Source: Patescibacteria group bacterium (GTDB taxonomy: Bacteria > Patescibacteriota > Microgenomatia > UBA1406 > GWC2-37-13). From it: 64,000 bases of DNA. The notes under the pieces were generated by a model. It was not told the DNA's origin. It worked only from the letters and a program-made list of their open reading frames with translations, and made no database searches. The DNA is taken from contig BPJE01000002.1 of assembly GCA_026004455.1 (NCBI GenBank), positions 5,207 through 69,206 of the forward strand, written 5' to 3'. This document shows, piece by piece, positions 21,433-31,044 of the stretch. The stretch's first letter is position 1, and each line of letters begins with the position of its first letter. The translations under genes were made by a program, and so were the position numbers.

Positions 21433-23322
21433 TTAATTTTTTTTAAACAACTTCATAAATGCCTCTTTGGGTACCTCAACTTTTCCTACCATCTTCATTC
21501 TTTTTTTTCCTTCTTTTTGCTTTTCCAAAAGCTTTTTCTTTCGACCAACATCACCAGTCCCCAATACTTTTCCAGATTTCATCAAAACATCTTTTCTAAA
21601 AGGTGCAATTCTTGTTGAAGCAATAATCCTTCCTTTATACTGACCTTGAATCTTTACCTCATACTGCTGTCTTGGGATCAAATCTTTTAACTTGCTTGTT
21701 AAATAACTAGCTCTCTCATAAGCTTTTTCCTCAACAACAATCTCAGAAAATTCTTCAACTGGCTGATTATTGATTAAAATCTTCAACTCATCTGCCTTAA
21801 CATCTCGATAATCTAAAAACTGCCAATCAAGTGAAGCAAAACCAGATGAGACGCTTTTTAGAGCGTCAAAAAAATCCGTAATCATCTCTGCCATTGGCAT
21901 CTCATACTCTAAAATTATTTGATTTTTATTATCCATAGTTAAAAATTGACTGCGATATCTTTGCATTAGTTGCATAATATCACCTAGATATTTTTCTGGA
22001 GTTAAGATAATCACTTTTACCCACGGCTCTTTTTTTACTCCCCGAATATTTGTATCCTGATATTCAACTTTTGGCGGAGTTAAAACAAGGCTTAAACCGA
22101 ACTCTCTTTCAAGTCTCTCCCTGATAACATCAGCATGAAGCAGTCCTAAAAATCCAACTCTAAATCCTGTTCCTAAAGCCTGACTATAAACTCCTTGAAA
22201 CTGCAAAGACGAATCATTCAAAGATAATTTTTCTAAAGCTTTTTTTAAGTTTAAATAATCAGCCGTATCTGTTGGAAAAATTGAAGCAAACACCATCGAC
22301 TTAATTTTTTTATAACCCGGAAGAGAAAGATCATCTTGCTCTTTAAAATCAACCACTGTATCACCAACAGCTACTTGATGGATATCTTTTAAGTTAGTGA
22401 CAACATAACCAATTTCACCGGAAACTAATTTTTCGCTTGGTGTTAAATCAGGTAAAAAATAACCAACCTCATTGATCTCAAAATTAGTTTTTAAATTAGC
22501 TAGTTTTACTTTCAAGCCTTTTTTCAACTCGCCGCTAAACACTCTTACAAAAATAATCACCCCTCGATGAGAATCATAATAAGAGTCAAAAATTAGTGAT
22601 TGAGAACACACCCCATTACCCCTCTCAAGAGGGGAATAAGAGGTATTATTTATAGAAACTCCCCTCTTTGAGAGTGGGTTTGGGGGTGTGTTAGGATCAG
22701 GTATTTTTTTAATTACTGCCTCAAGAAGTTCTTTTACTCCTTGTCCAGTTTTTGCTGACACCAAAAAAACCTCCTCATCTTTCACTCCCAAAAAATCAAC
22801 TAATTGTTTTTTAGTTTTTTCAACCTCGGCATTTGGCAAATCAATCTTATTTATTGCTGGAATAATCACTAAATTTTTCTCAATTGCCTTATAAGCATTA
22901 GCAATTGTCTGAGCTTGGATTCCTTGAGTGGCATCAACCAAAAGAATCACTCCTTCAACACAAGCCAAAGTCCGATCAACCTCATAAGAAAAATCAACAT
23001 GGCCCGGAGTATCAATCAAATTAAGAATGTAATCGGAGGAAGATGTCAAATTTTTTTCAACTTGGGATGTCTGTCCGACAAATGTCGGACTAGGGGACCC
23101 ACTGGAGATAAAAAAATTTGACATCGACTCCGATCTCAAAAACATTCTCACTGGAGCAAGTTTTATCGTAATTCCACGCTCTCTTGATATTGGGTTTCTA
23201 TCCAATAACTGCTCCTCATGTTTTCCAGCTGCGACTATTCCTGTCAACTCCAAAAATCTATCTGCCAAAGTACTTTTTCCATGATCAACATGAGCAATGA
23301 TGGCAAAATTGCGAATAAACAT
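21433..23322 (-). CDS. lepA: Elongation factor 4 with two in-frame palindromic inserts
   Basis: AHVDHGKSTLAD, DTPGHVDF, GFLGLLH, KKLLEKQKEGKKRMK. Confidence 0.98.
   Translation of the reverse strand: MFIRNFAIIAHVDHGKSTLADRFLELTGIVAAGKHEEQLLDRNPISRERGITIKLAPVRMFLRSESMSNFFISSGSPSPTFVGQTSQVEKNLTSSSDYILNLIDTPGHVDFSYEVDRTLACVEGVILLVDATQGIQAQTIANAYKAIEKNLVIIPAINKIDLPNAEVEKTKKQLVDFLGVKDEEVFLVSAKTGQGVKELLEAVIKKIPDPNTPPNPLSKRGVSINNTSYSPLERGNGVCSQSLIFDSYYDSHRGVIIFVRVFSGELKKGLKVKLANLKTNFEINEVGYFLPDLTPSEKLVSGEIGYVVTNLKDIHQVAVGDTVVDFKEQDDLSLPGYKKIKSMVFASIFPTDTADYLNLKKALEKLSLNDSSLQFQGVYSQALGTGFRVGFLGLLHADVIRERLEREFGLSLVLTPPKVEYQDTNIRGVKKEPWVKVIILTPEKYLGDIMQLMQRYRSQFLTMDNKNQIILEYEMPMAEMITDFFDALKSVSSGFASLDWQFLDYRDVKADELKILINNQPVEEFSEIVVEEKAYERASYLTSKLKDLIPRQQYEVKIQGQYKGRIIASTRIAPFRKDVLMKSGKVLGTGDVGRKKKLLEKQKEGKKRMKMVGKVEVPKEAFMKLFKKN
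22605..22692. repeat. CCCCTCT-type REP-like doublet in frame in lepA
   Basis: AACACACCCC..CCCCTCTCAAGAGGGG / CCCCTCTTTGAGAG..GGGGTGTGTT. Confidence 0.9.
23032..23134. repeat. 103-nt inverted repeat in frame in lepA
   Basis: ATCGGAG..GATGTCAAATTTTTT pairs with AAAAAATTTGACATC..CTCCGAT; inner GTCCGACAAATGTCGGAC. Confidence 0.9.
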
Positions 23323-23335
23323 AAAAATTAAAAAT

Positions 23336-23445
23336 AATTCAAAAGTTAAAATTCAAAAGTCAAAAGTATAAGTTAAAATTAAAAATTTTTTTAAATTTTT
23401 AATTTTGAATTTCAATTTTGACTTTTGAATTTTGCATTTTGAATT
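23336..23445 (-). mobile_element. ~110-bp heptamer-built MITE-like element
   Basis: Its reverse complement closely matches 62582-62692. Confidence 0.75.
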
Positions 23446-23478
23446 TTACTTTTGACTTTATTATAATATAATATAAAA

Positions 23479-24747
23479 ATGTTAAAAAGATTAAACCTTT
23501 TTTGGAAAAGATTTAAGATAAAACTTCTTCTTTTTTTTGCAGTTTTAGGACCAGGTATTATCACTGCCGTTGCCGATAATGATGCCGGAGGAGTGGCTAC
23601 CTACACAGTTGGCGCTGCCAAATATGGAATGAACTCCCAATTTCTTATTATTCCAATCACAATCATTTTAGCTCTAACTCAAGAAATTGGTGCTCGTATT
23701 GCCATTGTTGCTAAAAAAGGACTAGGCGATCTTATTAGAGAAAATTATGGAGTTTTAATTTCATTAATTATCTTTATTTTATACTTTATCACTAATCAAG
23801 GAGTGGTTTTACAAAATGTCTCTGGTCTTAAAGCCAGTTTTCAGATTTTTAATATTCCTTGGCAACCAGCTTTAATTTTAACCTGTATTTTTTTGATTTT
23901 TTTTGTTATTAAATTTGACTATAAAAAAACTCAAAGAATTTTTATTTTTATGATTCTTTTTTATATTAGTTATATTATCTCCGCCATTCTTGCTAAACCA
24001 AATTGGGGAGAAGCTCTTCGCCAAAGTTTAGTTTTTCCTGATTTAAAATACCTTCCTGATTTAAATTACTGGTTCGCTAACATTGCTATTTTAGGAACAA
24101 CGATTACTGCTTGGGGACAGTTTTTTGTTCATTCATACATTATTGATAAAAAACTTGACCCTCAACATCTAAAGGCTGAAAGAGTTGAAATTTTTTTAGG
24201 CGCTTTTTTAACTAATTTCTTCTCTTGGATGATGGCAGCGGCAGTCACTTATACACTTTTTAAAAATGGCATTTATAATGTTGATGGTTTTTCCGCTGGA
24301 TTAGCTATGAAGCCTTTTGTTGGTGAATTAGCGCCAATTCTTTTTGGTATTGGTCTTTTTGGCGCCTCGATTTTAGGATTAACTATTGTTCCTCTTGCCA
24401 CGGCCTATGTTTTTTCTGAAATGTTTGGTTATGAAGGCTCACTTGATGCTGATTTTAAAAAAGGTAGACTTTTTTATAGTTTTTTTATTTTTCAAATTTC
24501 TATTGGTCTTATCATTGCTCTTATTCCATCAATCAATCTTTTTGATCTAACCTTGTATGTTGATTACTTAAACGGCGCAATGCTGCCAATAATTTTTTAC
24601 TTTTTAGTTAAGTTTTATGAAGATGAAGAAGTAATGGGCCAATATGCTTCCCGCGGTTTAACCAGTATATTAGTTAAAGCCTCAGCGATCATCATCACCC
24701 TTGCTGTCATCATCACTACTATTGGAAAGATAATGGGAGTAGAATAA
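23479..24747 (+). CDS. NRAMP-family divalent metal transporter
   Basis: GPGIITAVADNDAGG, QEIGAR, LGTTIT.W; many TMs. Confidence 0.9.
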   Translation: MLKRLNLFWKRFKIKLLLFFAVLGPGIITAVADNDAGGVATYTVGAAKYGMNSQFLIIPITIILALTQEIGARIAIVAKKGLGDLIRENYGVLISLIIFILYFITNQGVVLQNVSGLKASFQIFNIPWQPALILTCIFLIFFVIKFDYKKTQRIFIFMILFYISYIISAILAKPNWGEALRQSLVFPDLKYLPDLNYWFANIAILGTTITAWGQFFVHSYIIDKKLDPQHLKAERVEIFLGAFLTNFFSWMMAAAVTYTLFKNGIYNVDGFSAGLAMKPFVGELAPILFGIGLFGASILGLTIVPLATAYVFSEMFGYEGSLDADFKKGRLFYSFFIFQISIGLIIALIPSINLFDLTLYVDYLNGAMLPIIFYFLVKFYEDEEVMGQYASRGLTSILVKASAIIITLAVIITTIGKIMGVE

Positions 24748-24850
24748 ATTTTTCAATTTTCATTTTTCAGTTTTCAATCAGTTTTCAATTTTTAGTTTTC
24801 ATTGAAAAATAAATATTCATTGAAAAATGAAAAATTTAAACTGAAAAATT
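24747..24850. repeat. TTTTCAN-based array forming an inverted structure between convergent genes
   Basis: TTTTCAA/TTTTCAT/TTTTCAG units followed by TGAAAA units. Confidence 0.7.
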
Positions 24851-24884
24851 ATTTCCTTAATTATTTTTCTTTTTTAATTATTAA

Positions 24885-25610
24885 TTATTCATTATTAATT
24901 ATCTTTACCCCTTCCTTCGTCTCTCCAAAAAATATTTGTTTTCCTTGATGAAGGACTAAAGTTTTTTCTGTGTAGTCCAAAGCCTGTTCAGGCGAATGGG
25001 TGACTAAGACCAATGTTGCTCCTTGTTTTTGAAACTCTTTTATTCTTGCTAAACATTTTTCTCTAAACTTGATATCGCCAACTGCCAAAATCTCATCAAC
25101 CAAAAGTATCTCCGGTTTTTCAGCAACCGCTACAGAAAAAGCCAATCTCATATACATTCCTGATGAATAAAATTTCACTGGCTGATCCATAAAATCATGA
25201 AGTTCAGAAAAATCAACAATGCTTTTATAAAGTCTGTCCATTTGTTTTTTTCTTATACCAAGGATTGAACCATTAAGATAAACATTTTCTTTCCCAGTTA
25301 GCTCCGGATGAAAACCAGCGCCAAGTTCAATCAAAGGCGCCACTTTTCCTAAAACTGTAATCCTGCCATCAGATGGCTTAGTGACACCAGCGATAATTTT
25401 CAAAAGAGTTGATTTTCCCGAACCATTTCTTCCTAATATTGCCAAAGACTCTCCTTTTTTAAGTTCAAAATTAACTGCCTGCAAAGCTTTAAACTTGACA
25501 TAAGTTGACTGACCATAAAAAAGCGCTGGCAAAAACTCCTTAAAAGTCCGTTGTTTATTTAACCGATACTCTTTAGTTAAATTTTCCGCCTTTATCACAA
25601 AATCTGACAT
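24885..25610 (-). CDS. wzt: Polysaccharide ABC exporter, ATP-binding subunit
   Basis: GRNGSGKST, YSSGM..RLAF, DEIL.VGD. Confidence 0.93.
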   Translation of the reverse strand: MSDFVIKAENLTKEYRLNKQRTFKEFLPALFYGQSTYVKFKALQAVNFELKKGESLAILGRNGSGKSTLLKIIAGVTKPSDGRITVLGKVAPLIELGAGFHPELTGKENVYLNGSILGIRKKQMDRLYKSIVDFSELHDFMDQPVKFYSSGMYMRLAFSVAVAEKPEILLVDEILAVGDIKFREKCLARIKEFQKQGATLVLVTHSPEQALDYTEKTLVLHQGKQIFFGETKEGVKIINNE

Positions 25611-25651
25611 ATCATCTAACATCTAACTTCTAACATCTAATACTTAAAAAT

Positions 25652-25747
25652 AATTCAAAATGCAAAATTCAAAAGTCAAAATTGAAAATTTAAAAACTTT
25701 TGACTTTTAACTTAAACTTTTGACTTTTGAATTTTGACTTTTGACTT
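25652..25747 (+). mobile_element. Shortened copy of the heptamer-built MITE-like element between wzm and wzt
   Basis: AATTCAAAATGCAAAATTCAAAAGTCAAAATTGAAA start is identical to the 62582 copy. Confidence 0.7.
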
Positions 25748-25750
25748 TAT

Positions 25751-26551
25751 TTAGACATAATCCGCAAACTCGCCCTCTTGTTTTTTAAAAATCAAATAAG
25801 CAATACCAAAAAAAACAATTGAAAAAACTGCTGCTACCATCATACTATTTAAATTCGGCGCTTTTCCACCTAAAATAACTTGTCGATAACCATTGATGAT
25901 CACTGACATTGGATTTAATGAAAAAATAAAACGATATTTTTCTGGAAATTGCTCAACTGGATAAATAATTGGTGTTAAATAAAACCAAATTTGAATAATA
26001 AGATTAAGCAAATACTGAATATCTCTGTAAAACAGATTAAAAGAGGAAATAATCAGGCTTAATCCAGCAGTAAAAAATAACTGAATGATAAAAATTGGGA
26101 TTACCCACAATATTGCTAAATTAACAGAAATTTTATAAAAAATAAAGAAAAAAATAGCGATTAAAACCGAGTAAAAAAAATCAACTGCCTTAGCGATAAT
26201 TGTCGCATAAATTAGTATCTCTCTTGGAAAATAAATTTTAGTGATTAAAGAAGCATTACTAACCAAAGCATTAGCTGATGATGATAAGCTTTGAGTAAAA
26301 AAATTCCAAGGCAAAAGACCAATAATTAGAAAAATTATATAAGGAACATTATAAGATGAGACGCGAAAAATTGTTGAAAAAACAAATGATAAAACTAACA
26401 GTTGAAATAGAGGATTAAGTATCACCCAAGCATAACCTAAAATTGATTGTTTATATCTTTGATTAATCTCTCTGTAAGCAAGATTAAAAAGTAATTCTCG
26501 ATAAAAGATAAGTAATTTTAAATTTTTAAAACCTTTTTTTATTTTCTCCAT
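25751..26551 (-). CDS. wzm: Polysaccharide ABC exporter, permease subunit
   Basis: RYKQSILG.AW.ILNP, KIYFPRE, YLTPIIYP. Confidence 0.93.
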   Translation of the reverse strand: MEKIKKGFKNLKLLIFYRELLFNLAYREINQRYKQSILGYAWVILNPLFQLLVLSFVFSTIFRVSSYNVPYIIFLIIGLLPWNFFTQSLSSSANALVSNASLITKIYFPREILIYATIIAKAVDFFYSVLIAIFFFIFYKISVNLAILWVIPIFIIQLFFTAGLSLIISSFNLFYRDIQYLLNLIIQIWFYLTPIIYPVEQFPEKYRFIFSLNPMSVIINGYRQVILGGKAPNLNSMMVAAVFSIVFFGIAYLIFKKQEGEFADYV

Positions 26552-26564
26552 ATATTTTATTTTA

Positions 26565-27977
26565 CTAGATTTTTACTAGTCTAACAGTTGAAGTCCCGCC
26601 GATTTTTCCTTTATAATCTCCATGAAGAACAATTAATTTTTGATTTTTTTTAAGTTGATATTTTTTAGAAATAAAATCAATTATTTTTTCTAAAACCTGA
26701 CGATCTAAAAAACCATTTTTCCCAAACTTAAATACTGATGGATATATGCCAAAACCAATTGTTAAAAAATCAGCGATTTTTTTATCTTGAGTGATAGCAA
26801 AAATTGGCAGTCCTGGATGAAATCTAGATAAAACAGCAGCTGTTCTTCCTGTTTCCGTCAGTACTAAAAATCCTGCCAAATCTTCATTAATATTTTTCAG
26901 ATATTGATACATTTTATAGGCTGATTTGCAAATAATGGTTGTCCAATCAGTTTGTTTTGGCTGAAAAAACTCTTTATCTTCTTCGATTAAAACTTTTTCA
27001 TTGAAAGCTAAAGTCTTTGTCATTATTTTCACTGCCTCAACTGGATACTTACCACTAGCAGACTCTGCCGAAAGCATTACTGTATCTGTACCATCATAAA
27101 AAGCATTAGCCACATCAGAGACCTCAGCCCGAGTTGGCGCTGGATTATTGATCATTGACTCAAGCATCTGAGTAGCAGTGATGACAAACTTTCCTGCCTC
27201 AAGAGCTTTTTTAATAATCTTTTTTTGAAAATAGGGGACTACCTCGCGAGCTACCTCAATTGCCATATCACCCCGCGCCACCATCACTCCATCTGAGGCC
27301 TCAATTATCTCATCAAGATTATCAATTGCTTTTTTTGTCTCAATTTTGGCAATAATTTTAGGAATAAATTTATTATGTTTTTTGATTTCTTTTTTTAAAT
27401 CATCAATATCTTTTTTACTTCTTACATAAGATAGTGCAACAAAATCTACCTCATTAAAAACTGCTAATTTTATCCCTTCTAAATCTTTATCCACTAATGA
27501 TGATAGTTCAAAATCAACTCCCGGGATAGTCACTGTTTTTCTATCTTTTAAAACTCCTTCGCTTTTTGATTGAAGATAAATTTTACCTTTTTCTTTTATT
27601 ACTTTAAAAACAAAATAACCATCATCGACCAAAACTTTCTGATTCTCAACTAATTTTTCTTTGATCTGATTATGAGAAAATTTTATCTCTTCATCAATAA
27701 CTAATTTTTGACCCGGTTTTAAAATTATTTTTTCTTGATTTTTTAAAAATTGAAGTCTTATCTCTGGTCCTTGAAGATCAATGAGAGTACCGATGTGTTT
27801 ATTTAACTTTTGCGCTACTTTATTGACTTTTTCAATCATCTGATTATGCCAGGAAATAGTGTTGTGTTTTAAATTAAAACGAAAGACATTGACTCCTTCT
27901 AAAATCAATTTTTCAATTATTTTTTCATCTTCAGTTGCAGGACCAATAGTAGCGATGATTTTTGTTAATTTGTTCAT
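26565..27977 (-). CDS. pyk: Pyruvate kinase
   Basis: TKIIATIGP, DLQGPEIR, MVARGD, TRAEVSDVANA. Confidence 0.97.
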   Translation of the reverse strand: MNKLTKIIATIGPATEDEKIIEKLILEGVNVFRFNLKHNTISWHNQMIEKVNKVAQKLNKHIGTLIDLQGPEIRLQFLKNQEKIILKPGQKLVIDEEIKFSHNQIKEKLVENQKVLVDDGYFVFKVIKEKGKIYLQSKSEGVLKDRKTVTIPGVDFELSSLVDKDLEGIKLAVFNEVDFVALSYVRSKKDIDDLKKEIKKHNKFIPKIIAKIETKKAIDNLDEIIEASDGVMVARGDMAIEVAREVVPYFQKKIIKKALEAGKFVITATQMLESMINNPAPTRAEVSDVANAFYDGTDTVMLSAESASGKYPVEAVKIMTKTLAFNEKVLIEEDKEFFQPKQTDWTTIICKSAYKMYQYLKNINEDLAGFLVLTETGRTAAVLSRFHPGLPIFAITQDKKIADFLTIGFGIYPSVFKFGKNGFLDRQVLEKIIDFISKKYQLKKNQKLIVLHGDYKGKIGGTSTVRLVKI

Positions 27978-28051
27978 GGTGAGTCCGGGCAGAATCGAAC
28001 TGCCATCTAATCCTTAGAAGGGATTTATTCTATCCGTTGAACTACGGACTC
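27977..28051 (-). tRNA. tRNA-Arg(TCT)
   Basis: Acceptor GAGTCCG/CGGACTC-ACCA; anticodon arm AATCC-CTTCTAA-GGATT; T arm GTTCGA. Confidence 0.95.
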
Positions 28052-28112
28052 AAAATATCTATAAATTATATCAAATAATTAAATCGTTGAAAATAACAAG
28101 GACAAAAATAAA

Positions 28113-28148
28113 AAGGACAGAACCTTTTAAAAAAAATGTTCTGTCCTT
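28113..28148. repeat. REP-like palindrome family A
   Basis: AAGGACAGAACC..GTTCTGTCCTT. Confidence 0.9.
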
Positions 28149-28161
28149 ATAATTAAGATAT

Positions 28162-29310
28162 ATGATTAAAAAAATATTGCTTACCATATTGCTTTTCTTA
28201 ACTATTAGCGTTTTATCTTTTTTCATATTAAATCTAAATAATAAAATTAATCTTTTAAAAAAAGAAAATCTTAATTTTCAAACTAATCTTAAAAATCTAA
28301 AAAAACAAATTGATGATTACAAATCTCGAGATGAATACAAAATCAATAAAAAACTTGAAGAAGAGATAAAAAATATTGAAAAGACTTATGATCAAGCAGC
28401 TAAAACCTATGAAAAGCTTGTTGATGTAAAAAATTTATCAAAAGACACAAAAAAATTAGACGCTGATTTTGCCGAAATTTTAAATCTTTTATCAAAAAGA
28501 AACTATGTCTCAGCTGAAGCAAGTTTAAAGCAACTAGAAAAAAATATCTTAAATGAAAAACAAAAAATCTCCTCCAGTTTTCAAATTCCAAAAAATGTCC
28601 AAGAAAGCAATAATCCACCCTCTTCAGGTTATAGTCGTCAACTAGTAAAAACTGATGTCGGTGATTTTCTTGTTGATATTGTTGCTGCTGACCTTAGCTC
28701 AACTCGAGTGATTGTTGATACTGCTTCAGACTCTGATTGCAAAAAAGACTGTCCAGCCTTACCTTTAGCTGATTATATCAGTCGAAATGGTGGTTATGCT
28801 GGAATTAATGCTTCTTATTTTTGTCCTGCTGATTATCCATCTTGCGCTGATAAAAAAAACTCTTTTGATACTTTGCTTATGAATAAAAACAAAGTCTATT
28901 TTAATTCAGAAAATAATGTCTATAGTCAAGTACCAGCAGTGATATTTTTAGGCAACTCTGTCAGATTTGTTAGACAGTCACTTGAGTGGGGAAGAGATAC
29001 TTCAGTTGATGGAGTTTTAGCGATGCAGCCGCTTTTAGTTTTTGAAAAAAATATTGTTTTTGGAGGAGATAATGAGATTAAACATGGAGTTAAAGGTAAT
29101 CGCAGTTTTGTTGCCAACAGAGGATCAACTGTCTATATCGGAGTTGTTTTTAATGCTAATTTAGCCGAATCAGCTAAAGTGTTAAAAGCTTTAGATTTAG
29201 ATAATGCTTTAAATCTTGATAATGGCGGTTCAACTGCTTTGTGGTATGGTGGTTATAAGGTTGGCCCTGGTCGCAACATCCCCAACGCCATTGTCTTTGT
29301 AAAAAAATAA
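28162..29310 (+). CDS. Phosphodiester glycosidase (NAGPA-like) protein with N-terminal TM and coiled coil
   Basis: AGINASYF, ALNLDNGGSTAL, R.IPNAI. Confidence 0.85.
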   Translation: MIKKILLTILLFLTISVLSFFILNLNNKINLLKKENLNFQTNLKNLKKQIDDYKSRDEYKINKKLEEEIKNIEKTYDQAAKTYEKLVDVKNLSKDTKKLDADFAEILNLLSKRNYVSAEASLKQLEKNILNEKQKISSSFQIPKNVQESNNPPSSGYSRQLVKTDVGDFLVDIVAADLSSTRVIVDTASDSDCKKDCPALPLADYISRNGGYAGINASYFCPADYPSCADKKNSFDTLLMNKNKVYFNSENNVYSQVPAVIFLGNSVRFVRQSLEWGRDTSVDGVLAMQPLLVFEKNIVFGGDNEIKHGVKGNRSFVANRGSTVYIGVVFNANLAESAKVLKALDLDNALNLDNGGSTALWYGGYKVGPGRNIPNAIVFVKK

Positions 29311-29439
29311 AAAATATAAACTATTTTTAACCATTTTTAACCATTTTCAACTAATTTCAACTATTTTTAACTAATTTTGTTTTTGTCATCCAGAACTTGA
29401 TGCGGAATCCAGTAAAAAAAAATGGATTATTATTTTAAC

Positions 29440-29476
29440 AAGGACAGAACCTTTTTTTCAAAAAGGTTCTGTCCTT
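29440..29476. repeat. REP-like palindrome family A (left of the AbiE module)
   Basis: Perfect arms. Confidence 0.95.
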
Positions 29477-29510
29477 ATACGTTTTACGTTTCACGTTACA
29501 CATTTTCTTC

Positions 29511-29564
29511 TTGACAAATCAAAAAAATTAATTTATCATCTAATTATTATCATATTTGATAATA
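29511..29564 (+). promoter_or_regulatory. AbiE promoter and palindromic operator
   Basis: TTGACA-17nt-TATCAT, then TATTATCA-tatt-TGATAATA at 29545-29564. Confidence 0.65.
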
Positions 29565-29576
29565 TACAAATGACAT

Positions 29577-30131
29577 ATGAGCCTAAATTTACTTATTGAT
29601 TCAGGCAAAACTGTCTTTACAACCATTGATCTAGGTAATATATTAAAAATAGGAAATAAAAACTATCTTTTGGTTTACATCAATAGACTGAAAAAAAGAG
29701 GTGAAATCAAAATGATTAAAAAGGGAATTTATGTAATCAATAATAATTTTAATGTATTTGAATTAGCCAATAAATTAAGATCTCCATCTTATGTTAGTTT
29801 ACAATCAATTTTATTTAAAAACGGAATTATCTTTCAGGATTATTCTGATATTATTACTTCAATTAGTTACAATACTATCAAAATCAATCTAATTAACAAA
29901 GAATTTAGATATCATAAAATAAAATCAGATTTGCTTTCCAATCCTAAAGGCATTGTTGTTGAAAATAATGTTAGATTAGCGACGCCAGAAAGAGCTTTTA
30001 TTGATTTAGTTTATATTTATAATGACTATCACATAGATAATCTTGATAAACTAAATAAAAATCTTTTATTAGAAATTGCTAAAGATTTTGGAGACAATAT
30101 TTTTAAAAAAATAAAATCATACTATGCTTAA
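29577..30131 (+). CDS. Type IV TA antitoxin, AbiEi-like
   Basis: wHTH, KGIY, PSYVSL, ATPERAFID. Confidence 0.88.
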   Translation: MSLNLLIDSGKTVFTTIDLGNILKIGNKNYLLVYINRLKKRGEIKMIKKGIYVINNNFNVFELANKLRSPSYVSLQSILFKNGIIFQDYSDIITSISYNTIKINLINKEFRYHKIKSDLLSNPKGIVVENNVRLATPERAFIDLVYIYNDYHIDNLDKLNKNLLLEIAKDFGDNIFKKIKSYYA

Positions 30132-30813
30132 TCTATTAAAACATCGAGTAGTTCTTTTTAATATTTTAAAAGATATTTATAAAAGCTCTCTTAGTAATTT
30201 ATTGGGATTTAAAGGTGGAACAATGGCTTATTTTTTTTATGGTTTAGATAGATTCTCTGTTGATTTAGATTTTGATATTTTAGATGAGAAAAAAATTGAT
30301 TATGTAAAAAAAGTCCTTCCTGATATTTTAAAAAAATATGGAGAAATAATTGAAAGTTATGATAAATATTCTACTTTATTTTATTTATTATCTTACGAAA
30401 AAAAACAAAGACAAATAAAGATAGAAATTTCAAAAAGAAATATCCTATCAAATTATCATCTTTCAAATTTTTACGGAATTGATATTTATATTCAAAATAT
30501 AGAAGATGCTTTTGCCACAAAACTTTTAGCCTGTACTACAAGAAAAAAAATTGCTTATCGGGATTTTTATGATGTTTTATTTTATTTAAAAAAAGGAGTT
30601 AATCCAAATGAAGAAATTATAAAAAAAATTACTGGAAAAAATTTAGTCGATTATCTAAATTATTTAAAAGAATTTATTGAAAAAAATGTCACTAATCAAA
30701 AAGTAATTGAGGCAATTGGCGAGCTAATTAATGAAAAACAAAAAAACTTTTTAAGAAAAGACTTTAAAAACGAACTCCTATCATATCTCAACCTCTATCT
30801 TAAAAATATATAA
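30124..30813 (+). CDS. Type IV TA toxin, AbiEii-like nucleotidyltransferase
   Basis: FKGGT, RFSVDLDF, KL.A..R...RDFYD. Confidence 0.92.
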   Translation: MLNLLKHRVVLFNILKDIYKSSLSNLLGFKGGTMAYFFYGLDRFSVDLDFDILDEKKIDYVKKVLPDILKKYGEIIESYDKYSTLFYLLSYEKKQRQIKIEISKRNILSNYHLSNFYGIDIYIQNIEDAFATKLLACTTRKKIAYRDFYDVLFYLKKGVNPNEEIIKKITGKNLVDYLNYLKEFIEKNVTNQKVIEAIGELINEKQKNFLRKDFKNELLSYLNLYLKNI

Positions 30814-30829
30814 ATAATTAAAAAATAAA

Positions 30830-30866
30830 AAGGACAGAACCTTTGTTTTCAAAAAGGTTCTGTCCT
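30830..30866. repeat. REP-like palindrome family A (right of the AbiE module)
   Basis: Arms conserved. Confidence 0.92.
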
Positions 30867-31044
30867 ATCTAACTAACTATTTTTAACCAATTTAAACTGA
30901 TTTCAACTTTTTTTAACCAAATATCTAATATCGAATATCAAATATCAATGTTAAAATATTTAATTTTGCATTTTAAATTTTCATTTTGTCCGCCAGCTGG
31001 CGGATTTGATATTTGATTTTTTATTATACGTTCCACGTTCTACG

